Made by a program: the position numbers and the translations under genes. Below, piece by piece: positions 1 through 12,137 of a stretch of DNA of 64,000 nt (position 1 is the stretch's first letter; each line of letters begins with the position of its first letter). The DNA is from Trichoplax sp. H2 (lineage: Eukaryota): contig NOWV01000018.1 of the NCBI GenBank assembly GCA_003344405.1, forward strand, positions 744,001-808,000. Reading direction: 5' to 3'. Below the pieces are notes generated by a model that searched no databases, was not told where the DNA came from, and saw only the letters and a list, made by a program, of their open reading frames with translations.

Positions 1-1134
1 TCGTATGCGTGCTTCACTTGATTGTATGGTTCTTCAATAACTAATTATATTAGATACTATAATAATACTGGAAGTGATGTTATAAACGGATTTTGCTATC
101 TTACTACTAATTAAAGTAAACAGTCACACATACTATAAAAATTGTAACAGGTAAGATCATACTTGTGCTATAGTTGTAAGTCCTACTGTTCAATATCAAA
201 TACCTATTGTAGTCATTACTAAAATTAAAATTTATAGTAGCGCTACCTTGACCTATTCTACGCATTTCATTACAATTAATATACTGTATGACTATCTTAA
301 TAGCTGTCTAATATGAAAGTGTATTACCCAATGTTGTTATTGGGCTTCTTAATTGTATATCGAAATTAAAGTTACATTTTTTTAATTGTCATTCAAATGT
401 AAGTGTTGCCAAGAATCTTTCTACTGCCGTAAAAATTCAGTATATTGTAGCTGTCTCAATGTAATGATTGGTAATCTGATTAAGATACTGAGGAAATAAA
501 ATTGAATACCAAAAATTGGTACGTCACCCGTACTACTTATAAAAATAGTATACTTAACGTTAGGACAACAATATCAGATTCATAAATGGTGTTAGTATTT
601 TATTTAATACTCGTTTGACCTTCATTGATCTAGCTCCTGATGTACAGTAAATTAGATTCAGCTCGGAAAGAGTTGATAGTAACAATTTTAAATATGCCCG
701 TAAATTAATATTGTACAGCGTAATTTTACTCTACTGTATATCATGAAATAATATCCAATCGAAAAGTCTGGCCAGCGAGTCTTTAAGATTTGCTGACTTG
801 TTAGATGTTATAATGATACGATAATAGATCCACAATAAAGCATTAACTGCATAGATGCATAGAGTTGCTATATCGATAGTAGCAAACAGCCCGCATCAAA
901 CTACCGTATCATTGCCCATTATACAGTACAGAAGAAAGAAGGCATATGTAACTATACAATACATGCGCCCATGTATTCGCTAAATTGACATTACAATACT
1001 CAAATGTCGTTAAACATATCGTATTTACAGGAGTAGTTCATGGCATTTAGTGATCCGCGTAATTACATAATTTCTTCATGTTGAATCGTATGCATAAAAA
1101 TTATATACTTATTATCTCATAAAAATTGTTACTG

Positions 1135-2360
1135 CTATTTACCATCAACACCAAATATTATCTGAAACATTTCACCTAAATCATGATCTTGTAAATATTG
1201 AGAAAATTGTCCCAAATCCATATGATAATTACGACCTCCATGAACACTAAAAGCTACTTCTTCAAAAGATGTAAACTTTCGCTGTAAAGTATAGCTATCT
1301 TCACGATGCCTTGAAGTGATTCTTTTCCAATTCAGCCGTCGCAACCTAGCGAAATAATCCGATACAGCTTTTTCGTCGCCTTCAACACACAAAACGCCTG
1401 GCTTTCCGGGGAGACAAAACCCTATGTAAATTGAATACGATTAACTTCAGCTAGTGGCTGTGATTTCAAAGACTGGATCTTATGAGAATTACTATATAAA
1501 ATACAACTATAATCCAAATTCATATTATTTGTCCTCCAAAATGACAGCGCCTACAGTATGTTTTATCTAACAGTGCAAGCGTTGTATATGAGCTCGATCA
1601 ATTTAGACTAGTAAGAAATCGAATAAGCAAAGGATCTACAATGACTGCTACAGACTTGCAGTATCATGGTAGTATCGTTACACTTCAATACTCAGATCAT
1701 AAAGACAACTGAAACGCAGTTAATGCGCGTACTAATACAATTTTATATGAATTAGTAAATAAATTATTTTTATTTACCAGTAAGATTTAGCTCCTCTGCC
1801 CATTCAACTATGACTTTACGCTTGGTTTTGCTGTAAATATGATGCATATACAATAATAATCGGCTTAATTTGTTATCGCTTTCCGCTGAGATGGGTTCTT
1901 TTGGCAATGTTTTACTTGTACAGGCTGCACTATGGCTGATATAATTTGATAAATTTTCCTGTATCCACTGCAAAGTAGGTACAATGCATAATTCGCCAAG
2001 ACCAATCAATTCATCAACATGTTCTCTTAACTTCGTATTAAGATCCTTTTGTTCATCTCTTTGTAGTATATCACATCTGACGAATACTTCTGGTGTAACA
2101 CTCGGATACTCATGTGGAAAATTGCAATACAGTTCAACTAAAATTGGATCCTCAGTATCCAGACTGGCATCTTGCTCAATCCAGTTGATTTTAACAGTGA
2201 AAGCGATATTTACAGGAGCTGGTCCATCGTGATCGAGATAATTACGAACGTCTTGCACAATTAGCGGATTATCGAGCACGATTGCTCCTTCTTCAGGATA
2301 CATTGCTTGCAACATTTCCATTTCGGATAATTGTAATTCTAAATTTTGTTCCATCATCAT
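1135..2360 (-). CDS. RWDD2: RWD domain-containing protein 2 (RWDD2A/B family); 2 exons, 2360-1778 and 1421-1135
   Basis: N-terminal RWD motifs (QLSEMEMLQAMYP; FPHEYPSVTP). The GT-AG intron 1777-1422 joins LT|GFCLPGKPGVLCVEG. The C-terminal region has HHIYSKTKRK and GGRNYHMDLGQF, typical of RWDD2. Confidence 0.9.
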
Positions 2361-2714
2361 TTACAGACATCAAGAACTGATGACTACGTACTTCCAACTT
2401 GTTAGCGAAGTGATTTACTAGACAAAACAGTGAACTAATATGGCTATGCAATCAGTGCAATTAACATGGTGAAGATATTTTATGATGGCATCCAATTAGT
2501 TATCATAGACTACCACTACTACATGGTGATGGTGTAGTACTGTACAATGTACAGTACTCAGGTTTACAGTACCTGATTGTGACATACTGTACGGTACTGT
2601 ACGGCACTGTACTGTACTGTACCTACAGTACAGTACACTGTAAGCAAGAACACTACTGTAATAATATCCCACTAAGGCCATGTTTGCGACATATTCCAGT
2701 TACCTACAGTATGT

Positions 2715-3190
2715 AAACTCTTCTCCAAATTTGAATTTTCAATTAACTTGGAAGCCTACCTTCTTTTAAGCCCAAGATATTATTAGTTTCCTCTATAATT
2801 AAGTTTTCAAATGAATTTAAAAGCCTCGCATATTACGCTTGAAATTGTCTAGGCACAAGATATAGTTTAGCGATTATAATTAAGTTTTCCAATATATTTG
2901 CAAGCCTAGCAACTCATACTTGAAATTCGTCTACGAGTATTATATCCCGTATAATTTTAATAGACATAATTCGTTTCCTCTAAAATTAAAATTTCCAATG
3001 AACAATAAATTAGAAACCTAGCATATTTCGCTTGAAACTGTATAATCCAACGTATTATTATTATTTTCACGGAGAATGAATGTTATTAATTTTCGCTGTA
3101 TTTTTATTTATAACCAATTCATGCTTCGAGATCACTAAGTTAATTTAAATGAAAGATGTTACGAATTGACCGCTTCTACTTGAAAAACTA
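2715..3190. repeat. Degenerate tandem repeat, about 80-110 bp units
   Basis: Recurring block attaagttttc(c)aat...aagcct(a/c)gca...cttgaaa(t/c)tg near 2797, 2879 and 2984, with weaker copies on either side. Confidence 0.5.
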
Positions 3191-4928
3191 CAAACCTACA
3201 TATAGGGTTCTGAAAAATTGACCCTGATTGGCATGTGTCTAGTTATAGATGAAGCTTGAGGCCATTAAGTTGAAGCTTAATGAAATAGAAGAATTGGTGT
3301 TACAAATTTCATATTTATGCTTATCAAATGACGAAGCTAAAGGTAAAGCCCTACGTTAGGCAAAAACTGACCCTAATTGAGACATAACTAATTGCAGATC
3401 AGCTAGAGAGCAGAGATCATATCTTATTATAAAGCAATCAGGAATCAGTCATCATTCTACCGTAAAATTTATATACTTATATACTCGTATTTGTATAGTA
3501 CGGTAAAAAATCTCTGACAACGTTCGAGAATTTCCTGAAATTATAACAAACAATAACTTTCTTCTTCTGCTTTCTATTCACAATCAGTACGCGAATACAA
3601 TCCAAAACGGAACTAGTTTATATATAGTTCGTTTATACAAATTCAGAGAGGATGATTAAAAATGGTGCAAGAGCGACTAATTGCAATACAGGATATTTCT
3701 TAAATGCGATCCTTATAATTTTAAATGATATCAGCAAAAAGGAAGGGGCATACGAAAATGCGAAGCACAAAGTAGTTCAAGAAAGTAAAAAAAATGGATG
3801 TCAGATACCACCACATTTATATTTCAAAAGGCATTAATTCACGGACAATACTACAAAAGTAAGTGCTTTGAACTATTTCATGAGGCTAAATTTAGACCAT
3901 ACTTTCAATAACATACTTATATAAACTAAACGATGAGAAAAATTATTTAACTGCTACTAGTACTAAGGTAGGCTAACCGCTGAGTAATAGGAAAGTAGCT
4001 TTCTATCGGCGCAGAGAAGTAATTAATGATATGTGTGTGGATTACTCGATCGCGTTAATTTAACTTAAATTGAACAAGATATCCTATTATACGTACAACA
4101 TCATCATCATTCCCTCATCACTTATTGTCACTGTATTGTCGTTATCATAATTCAATATCCTAAAATTACAGTACATGATTGCTTGACACTAGCTGTTATA
4201 TTCAATGCTGATTTAGTCTTTATGCTCATCAATAAAACTAGATAAGACAAGGGCTACATTCAACAATTTATTTTATTAAATGCATGTAAATTACAACTGT
4301 TCCTCGTGTAGTTCAGCAACAGCATGATGCCATGACTTTATTTGGAATAGAAGAATATCCTAAAAGACTATTATGACGTCAAAAAGTTAATTCAGTAACA
4401 GGTAGTAGTGCCGGCTCCTGACTGAATATAAATGATCAGTTTTACTTTGTTATGGAAATGACCAACGATGGAGATAGAGTGTAAGATAATGAGACTATCC
4501 GTGATTGACATGAGTCACAAGGTTATAGATGTCCATAATATACGCGTTTCGTATACGTATATATTGTTAGATTTATTCTTACTCGATCTATTCCATCACC
4601 TAGTGTTGTATCATACTTCCTTCTATTCATATATCATGTATTTGTTTTTATAGAATTAATCGCTTAGTGTTTTAATCTAGTTACCATCGATTAATTTCGT
4701 TTACATCATTAGTAGATCATATAAACTTATTGTAAACTAACGTATGAATTTTGATATCCATGATGACTGAATCTCATATTAGAAGTATTTCAGTTACTAT
4801 GGCAGTAAGACTGATGACAGCTGATACTTTAATATAAGATAGATTCGGTTTATTTCTAAATAAGTAACGTACACATTGACAACTACTTAACGCCAAAATT
4901 CAGTACATAATAAGTGACTGAAAAAAAT

Positions 4929-7900
4929 ATGGAGGGTGAATTGTTAAGTCCATTGCTTCTAGCATCAAAAAACGGCGACGTGCAACAAGTTAAACAACTA
5001 TTGAGTACTGATCGTGATTTGATTGAACAACGAGATAAGGTTAGTAAGAAAATCGGTACTCGTTTATGGCTATATTTAATTATTACGTCAACAAAGTAAA
5101 GTGCAAGCTAATCGCTATCACTGATTGATGCTTAATCGTCTGCTCTATTAACAACATTTACCAATGCAAACAGGAATGATAGACTGTGGTTATACTTACA
5201 TGTCCAGTCCGATAGTAGCCCTTATTACTACACGATATCTTGATTAAACTATCAAAAAATTTAGCTATATATTAAATTTTATTACTAAGAGCTAAAGTTA
5301 TATATTTGACAAGAGATGATATCTTGCTGGTTCTTAACATCTTCCCCTTTAATTTAAGTGAGTCATCACTCAGCTTATTTCACAGGAGGACATCACAGAA
5401 TAATAATGCACTTAAGCGATGTTGAAATAATGGAAATAAATGACTTAAAATGCTACCGGATTGATTTAATATTAAAATTAAATGTTAAACTTAATAGATC
5501 AACAAATATAACGCCAGTACTATCTTAGAAGAATATGTAGTAAATAGAAATATACCTTTCTTAATCTATGAAATTTTATCATTGTAAGAGATGTAAGAAA
5601 TCTTCCTATTGATTTAACTTATTTCTGTATGTAATCTTCATAAAGCCTTAATTAGTAATATAATTGTCTAATGCCGAGTTGTTTACAATCTAAATGAAAA
5701 TATTAGACAGATTTGTAATCCGTAATCGTTTTTAAATATGAAATATGAAGTCAGTGTTAATCACTCATTTAGTTGTTTTAAACCAGTAAGGCTATACACG
5801 TTTATAGATTACTCACAGTTTTATAGACAATGAAAGTTAGCTTAGAATAGTCTAGGAGTATATGTTAGCGTTAAATTAGCGTCTTTGGACTCTTTATGAA
5901 AATAAGCCCCTTTGCACGTATCACTCTTTAAATAACAAGTTATAAAGTGTATTTTAGAGAATTACAGAAGGCTGAGTCAGAAAATGCCCGTAAATTAAGC
6001 TCTCCTTCGAAATAAACAACCCTGTTAACAACAATTTTTACACTGATAGCCCAATGAGTCCTATAGTAAATCAATAAAAATTGAAATCTTAAAATGTGAC
6101 AACTATAATCTCATAACCGCACTCATGTTATTTCTAGGATGGTCGTACTGCCCTACATTGGGCAGCTCATAGCGGAAATGTCGAAACAATCCTCGTACTT
6201 TATAATTGTGATTGTAAATTGAATCTTACTACCAAGGTACAGCCTTTTATAAATCTTTAATGTTAACCTAAGTTTTCTGTAATAATAAGTAATGAATAAG
6301 TATTATATATACTAGTTTAATGATTAACTCCGTTTTCATTTAATTCGAAATTACATGGTAACAAATATCATCTACATTTTACTTTCAAATTAATTAGACT
6401 GGAATACAGCCATTACATGATGCGTGTTTAGCTGGAAACGTTAAAGCTGTACAGTTATTAATTGCTCTTGGTGTCGATCTGCAAGCTAAAATTAAGGTAA
6501 AGCAACAATTCTATATTGTGAATTACAAATCATTACAGGTTCTTATTTTATTGCTCTGCATTTAATCTATAAATTCCATTGTCAGCATGGTTGGACTCCT
6601 CTTCTTTGTGCTGCTGGCAATGGATATCTAGATATTGTTCATCTATTAATAAGTAGTGGCGTCGACGACGACCTGCAATCTACGGTAGGACGGCAATATG
6701 ATATCAATTGCTAGAGAGTCGCCGCTTACGTAAAATATTGAATACTGAAAGCTAATCAGAAATTCCCTTTCCATTAGAAATGTGGTGTAAATGCTTTACA
6801 TATCGCTGCTTGGACTGGTCAAGACGATATTGTAGAATTATTATTGAAGCTTGGTTATGATACCTCAATCAAAAGCCAAGTAATAATTTTACGTATAGGC
6901 CTTAATAAAATAAGTAATTGTAATTTGCATGCATATTTATTACTAACCTATAAAATCATTTTTAACTTTATAGTCTGGTAAGAGTGCACTGGAAATGGCG
7001 GAAGAAGAAAATCATGAAGATTGCATAGAATTACTACGCAAACATCCTACCGAAAAGGTAAGCATTACCGTTCATAACATTAAAGTTTTATTCAGGAGAC
7101 CCCTATATTGATGCTATTAAGTCCATACTACTATTTGGAATTATTACCAGAACGTATTTAAGTATAATTTAGTTCTATCTATTGGAAATATCTTTATGTT
7201 TCGATTTCATAGAGTACATTATTTTGTAACATCATCATTCTATATTGTATTTTTACACTGCTTGAATGAATAATTAAATTTACCTAGTTTAGGTTAATAG
7301 ATAATTTCTAATTTCGTTAAGTAAACTAAACCGACTATTTTAATTTCAACTCTACTATGCAATATACTTTACAAAATATTAGATCAGTATTTAACCACAT
7401 ATTTAGTATAATTAATACATAGCATATATACAGATGAATATCTTTGATTCGTATCTACGAGTACATGTACGTATGCTCGGTATATTCTATTTCTAGTAAT
7501 TTAATACGAGATTTTATTAACTTTGATCACATTTAGCATGATGGAGATCATTCAGAATTACGAGCCGAAATTAAAAGACTAAAAACAAAATTAAAACGCT
7601 GTAAAGAAAAACTAAAACTGACACAATCGAATATGGAGGCAACTATAACGAAAGAGAGAGAAAAATACGAAAATGAACTCCTCGATATGAAGAAAAAGCA
7701 CCGCAATAAGATAAACGATTTGAAAAGTCAAATTCTTCAGTTACAACATCAAATATCACTACAACAGTCTTTGTATGATTCTCCAGCACTGAAGCGAAGC
7801 TCGTGGACTGGTACTGAGGCAAATATCTCAAATCAAGCCGAAATACCACTAACTGTTGCCAGTACTCCAGCAAGTCCAACTGGTACATCACTGCGTCGAC

Positions 7901-8448
7901 ACCTATCTACACCACATGCAGATAGAATGAAATTCTTTTCACGAGAACGTAAGTAAATTCATAGTGATTACTACCTCACTGTTAACTTATAATATGAAAT
8001 CATGTACACTTAGCCAAGATTGTCTAAGTGCTTATACTATACAGTACAATATTTGTTGTGTATACTAGTTTAACTAAACACATCTATGTAATATTATAAT
8101 ATAGGAGAGATGCAAAATTCTTACGAATCTTCCAATGATGAATCCGCAATACATGATATGTCTAATATTAGACAAATGGCTAATTCAAAACAACGACCGT
8201 CTTTGACACAATTGCACATGGAATCATTATTGAATCCTGACTCTATGGCTTATCTTCGCAAAGTTACTTTGAGAAATGGAAATAAAAACGGCTCTACAAG
8301 TCCGATGGGCTACAAGGTGGACAAAAGTCCTAAATTAGAATCAATTCTGAATGCTAACTCTCCATCCTTGCCCACGAAGCCCACACAAAATAAAATATTA
8401 CCCCACATTTCGCATGAAGAAAATTCATCTCGAGATGACGACTTTTAG
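4929..8448 (+). CDS. Ankyrin-repeat plus coiled-coil protein, about 449 aa; exons 4929-5039, 6138-6236, 6398-6496, 6586-6684, 6778-6879, 6974-7057, 7537-7948, 8105-8448
   Basis: All introns are GT-AG and in frame. Ankyrin motifs: SPLLLASKNG, DGRTALHWAAHSG, GIQPLHDACLAG, GWTPLLCAAGNG, GVNALHIAAWTG, GKSALEMAEEE. These are followed by a heptad-rich E/K/L segment and an S/P/T-rich tail. Confidence 0.85.
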
Positions 8449-9993
8449 TATGATATTGCTGTTTATAAACTATTCTTATGAATTTCTAAACGCAAATGAT
8501 AGCAATTCTAAATGAAATTACATCAGCAAATGTACGCGTATATCCTCTGGATACCAAATTTTATACGAAGCTAATTTTCTTGCTATGAAGTACTAATGTA
8601 TCTACTGCATAAATTATCATATTTGCGGGATATTCAAGGCACAGTTTATCGACTAAATGCCTTTTAATCGCAATTTATAACCATTAGGAAATGCCATTTT
8701 TAAAATTTTAAAATACTTTTACTTCGTTAAGAGCAAGGACGATATCATAATTATTAACTGTATGCATGAATACTCAAAGATCTTTCTGCATCTAAATTGT
8801 AACGTTGTACGACAAGACAAAATTAATTATAGAATTTGTACAATAGTTTAAATCGGTTGATGTAGCGTTACTACAGATATTTCAGTAACTAAAATTATCC
8901 ATCATATAGCTAGAGAAATTTTGATTATTCATTACTATACTAAAATCAAATTCAAATTTCTTTACTTTTTATACCGTATGTTAATTATAATTGAATACCT
9001 GTCAAATCTATCCAGCTTTGTACTGTAGTACCTTCCGTAATGTGTTTATCTAGTTCTTAGTATTGAATGCTACTTATCTTGTTTGATTTGATTTTAGTGG
9101 CATCAATCTTGATATATATTTTTGTACTTACATAATACCATATTTGTATTTCCTTGAAGTACGAGGAAAAATAACAATAGATATTAGTTAAACTCGAATA
9201 TCTTTGTCCTTTGCTTACGAAGGCAAGCTTAACTTTATTAATTGGATTTATTTTAATCCCCGACTTAATAATACTCTTCGACTGTAAGTAATCCTGGAGT
9301 TAATAGTTTTATTTCGGTGTATGTCGAGTAAATGTTCCTACTAAAGCGAGGCGTAAATCTCTTCCATTATCTTCGTGCAGCTGTGGTTAAAAACTTTAAA
9401 ACTTTATCATGTGTACAGTACTCTCAAACAAAATTTGAAAATTTTGTTTTTAAACTAGCTAGTAGCTATACCTGCACTTTGCATGCCTTGTTATATGTAT
9501 TTTCATGACAGTCATAGGCTATAGTACCGTAATAAGTTAAATACATTATGATCAGTTGTTTCGGTGCCAGCAAACATCAAGGAATATCGAAGGAAATAGT
9601 TAATGCATGAAAGTTGGTTTATTTAACAATCATGAAGAATAGAGTAGATACATTAGCCAGCCTAACATAATAGCAATCCATCGATAGTTTGTATCTTACA
9701 TAGGAAGCATAAATATGCCAGAAAAGTGCAATTAACCAATAATGGTACGCGTATTACTAATAACGATGCAACAATTCTAATAGATGTACATAGAATTAAC
9801 GAAATCATTGTACAAATTTTGCATATGTACAGACAGGCAATCCTTGATACTCTGGAATTAACATCGGTATGAGTCGTAGGCATCCAGTATTAGGGTTTCA
9901 TGAATCCTGCAGTGTTGCGTTCTCCACTTCGTCGCACTTTACCCCAAGTATTTCAACTACTATATCGACGATTGCATCTAATTGGCATAAGCT

Positions 9994-10307
9994 CTACTTG
10001 GACCTAGCCTTCATCTTTCTACGTTTACGTTTAAGCCTAATCAACAGAAGAGGCGCAATTTAATGCTTAAAAATACGGTATTAACGGTAGTGCTGTATTT
10101 TTAATTTCATAAGGTCTATATCGAATCTGTCGTTCCTTACCTTCGCATACGCTTTTTCTTCCACTAAAGTAAAAACAATACAAATTATACAGTTCATTAG
10201 CTTCTAATAAATTAGCGAGGTTAGCTAACTAGAATTGAACTAAACTATGTATAGTACACCATTATAATAGACTAATACGAGTAAAGTGGCATTACCTTTT
10301 CCCTCAT
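9994..10307 (-). CDS. RPL41: Ribosomal protein eL41 (RPL41), 25 aa MREKWKKKRMRRLKRKRRKMKARSK; coding exons 10307-10296, 10163-10141, 10036-9994
   Basis: Three exons (12+23+43 nt) joined by canonical GT-AG introns give a 78-nt ORF nearly identical to the eL41 consensus. Confidence 0.96.
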
Positions 10308-11141
10308 CTTCGGGTATGTAATAAAATTATAACACACCTATATTAAAGAAAGTTCAAAAGTTAATTACGTATAGAAAATTGTTTATCAGTTAAGATCATA
10401 GAAAAAACAGATTTTTCGTTATATCATGACTTGATCATATAATGAAAAAAATTCGTTTCATCAATTCTAGCAGTGGCAAGACCCACGGTAAAAATGCTCA
10501 AGTAGCACAGAACGCATGCAATCACTCTACCTTCAAAATGACACTTAAGAGAAAAATCAGCTATCCATTCTCATTCTACCGCGATTAAACATACATATAC
10601 AGTACTGTACAGTACAGGCCCTGAAAGTACAGTAAGTTTCAACTTTTCAAATATCGTCAAAGTGACATAACGACAAAAGTTGAGGTTAACAACATGCAAT
10701 CAGCTAGTGACCTTCGTTGAAGCGTATTACTATTAGTACAAGGTGTTCAAAAATATTAGAAAATTACAATATCCCATTCGCAATAGGCGAATTTCTCCAT
10801 CAAAAAATAATTCTATAACTTCGGAAACCTAATGTTGAACTAAAAAAGGAGTAAACAACTGCTGACTGTGCCCTAAGGCCATGCTGAGCGAATTGGCATA
10901 AGATACAGTACTTTACTTGACCACTGTATGGTAGCGTGCGTACAAGAAAATGGAGCACATTGTAGAATTAGATTCAAAATGTAAATCGATGGCGATCGAT
11001 CGCATACGCTACAATTTCAATTAAAAAATTTGTTTCTTAACACTCTTACACTCCTTATACGTCCATTATGACATGCAAAATAAGATTTAATTACAAGATT
11101 TCATCAATTTTTTTCCGATCCAACACAACACCATCACTTAC

Positions 11142-11204
11142 CTAGAACGTCAACGAAGAGGGAAGCCTAGAGAAACTCAATGCCACCTGCCTCCTCTTTA
11201 TATA
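11142..11204 (-). promoter_or_regulatory. RPL41 core promoter: TATA box (TATATAAA, 11204-11197), pyrimidine-rich TCT/5'TOP-like start (about 11175) and non-coding first exon ending at 11142
   Basis: The minus strand reads TATATAAAG, then about 20 nt later TTTCTCTAGGCTTCCCTCTTC...CTAG|GTAAGT (perfect donor). A candidate acceptor lies at 10338, upstream of the ATG. Confidence 0.65.
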
Positions 11205-11549
11205 CCAAATCCTACAGTGTACAGTACGTGCGTTTGGCTGTTCGCACTGTAGCTGGTGATTGTGCACTGTACTATACAGTACACTGTGTAGCATTCATGA
11301 GCTTCTTCCTTGGTCAGCTCGTCTTTCCAGAATCGAGATATTGGCTGACAACAAGAATTTCATGTTACAGTATCTATGTCATATATTATACTGTACTGTA
11401 GAGTACCCATACTGTACTTTAATAAACATAGTACTGTACTGTACATGGTAAAAAGTTTTTCCTCCAGTACAGTACCGTATGCAGGCAGCATCACGGTAAC
11501 CAAAGTTACCAATATTTTAGGCATAAATTATAGGAATATTGGAAAGTAG

Positions 11550-11699
11550 TTTGTTATTCATGAATGCTAATCACTTGGCTGTGGATCAGCAAAGTAAACA
11601 AGAAATACAGAGTGCAGCAAGAGGCTGGTCCTGAGATCGATGATGGCCCAGGATCATGGGTTATCGTCGAGATCAAGCCTGATGTGCATTTTAACAGCT
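11550..11699 (+). ncRNA. Candidate box H/ACA-like structured RNA (hairpin, H box, hairpin, ACA)
   Basis: Hand folding gives a hairpin at 11550-11593, ACAAGA (ANANNA) at 11598-11603, a hairpin at 11609-11692 including a 14-bp stem 11637-11650/11657-11670 with three G-U pairs, and ACA at 11694-11696. Confidence 0.35.
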
Positions 11700-12137
11700 A
11701 AGCCGGCTGTCAGATCATCCTGTTCATAAGTCCATGACTTCTCTTTTGGGGAAATTGGATTATAATAGAGAGGGTACAATTTTTTGTTGAGTAGCCATGG
11801 ACTACCAGATACATACAGTGTTGTACATACTGTACACCTAGAAGTCCATGCTATAGTACAAATGTCTGATGTCGAAGTGCCTACGTTTGCACTTCTACGC
11901 TCCAGACCAACAAGAAAGTGAATACAGAGTGCGGACAGACTAGACTGCTATCGTAGAGTTCACGCCACTAGCTCGAAAACGGAATACTCCACTCGGACGG
12001 AGATCAGTGTTTACTTCGGATTTTAAGAGACAGTATATACTGTAGTATAGACTACCCAGCGAAGCTGGCTGGCTGTCTGAGTAATCAGTGAGCATACCTC
12101 TACTGAACGTTATACAGTATTTACGCGGCATGAGCGA

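Noticed and set aside
11200-11700. Telomerase RNA or U17/snR30 identity for the H/ACA-like element
   Set aside because: No CUAACCCU template upstream and no m1/m2 (AUAUUCCUA/AAACCAU) motifs.
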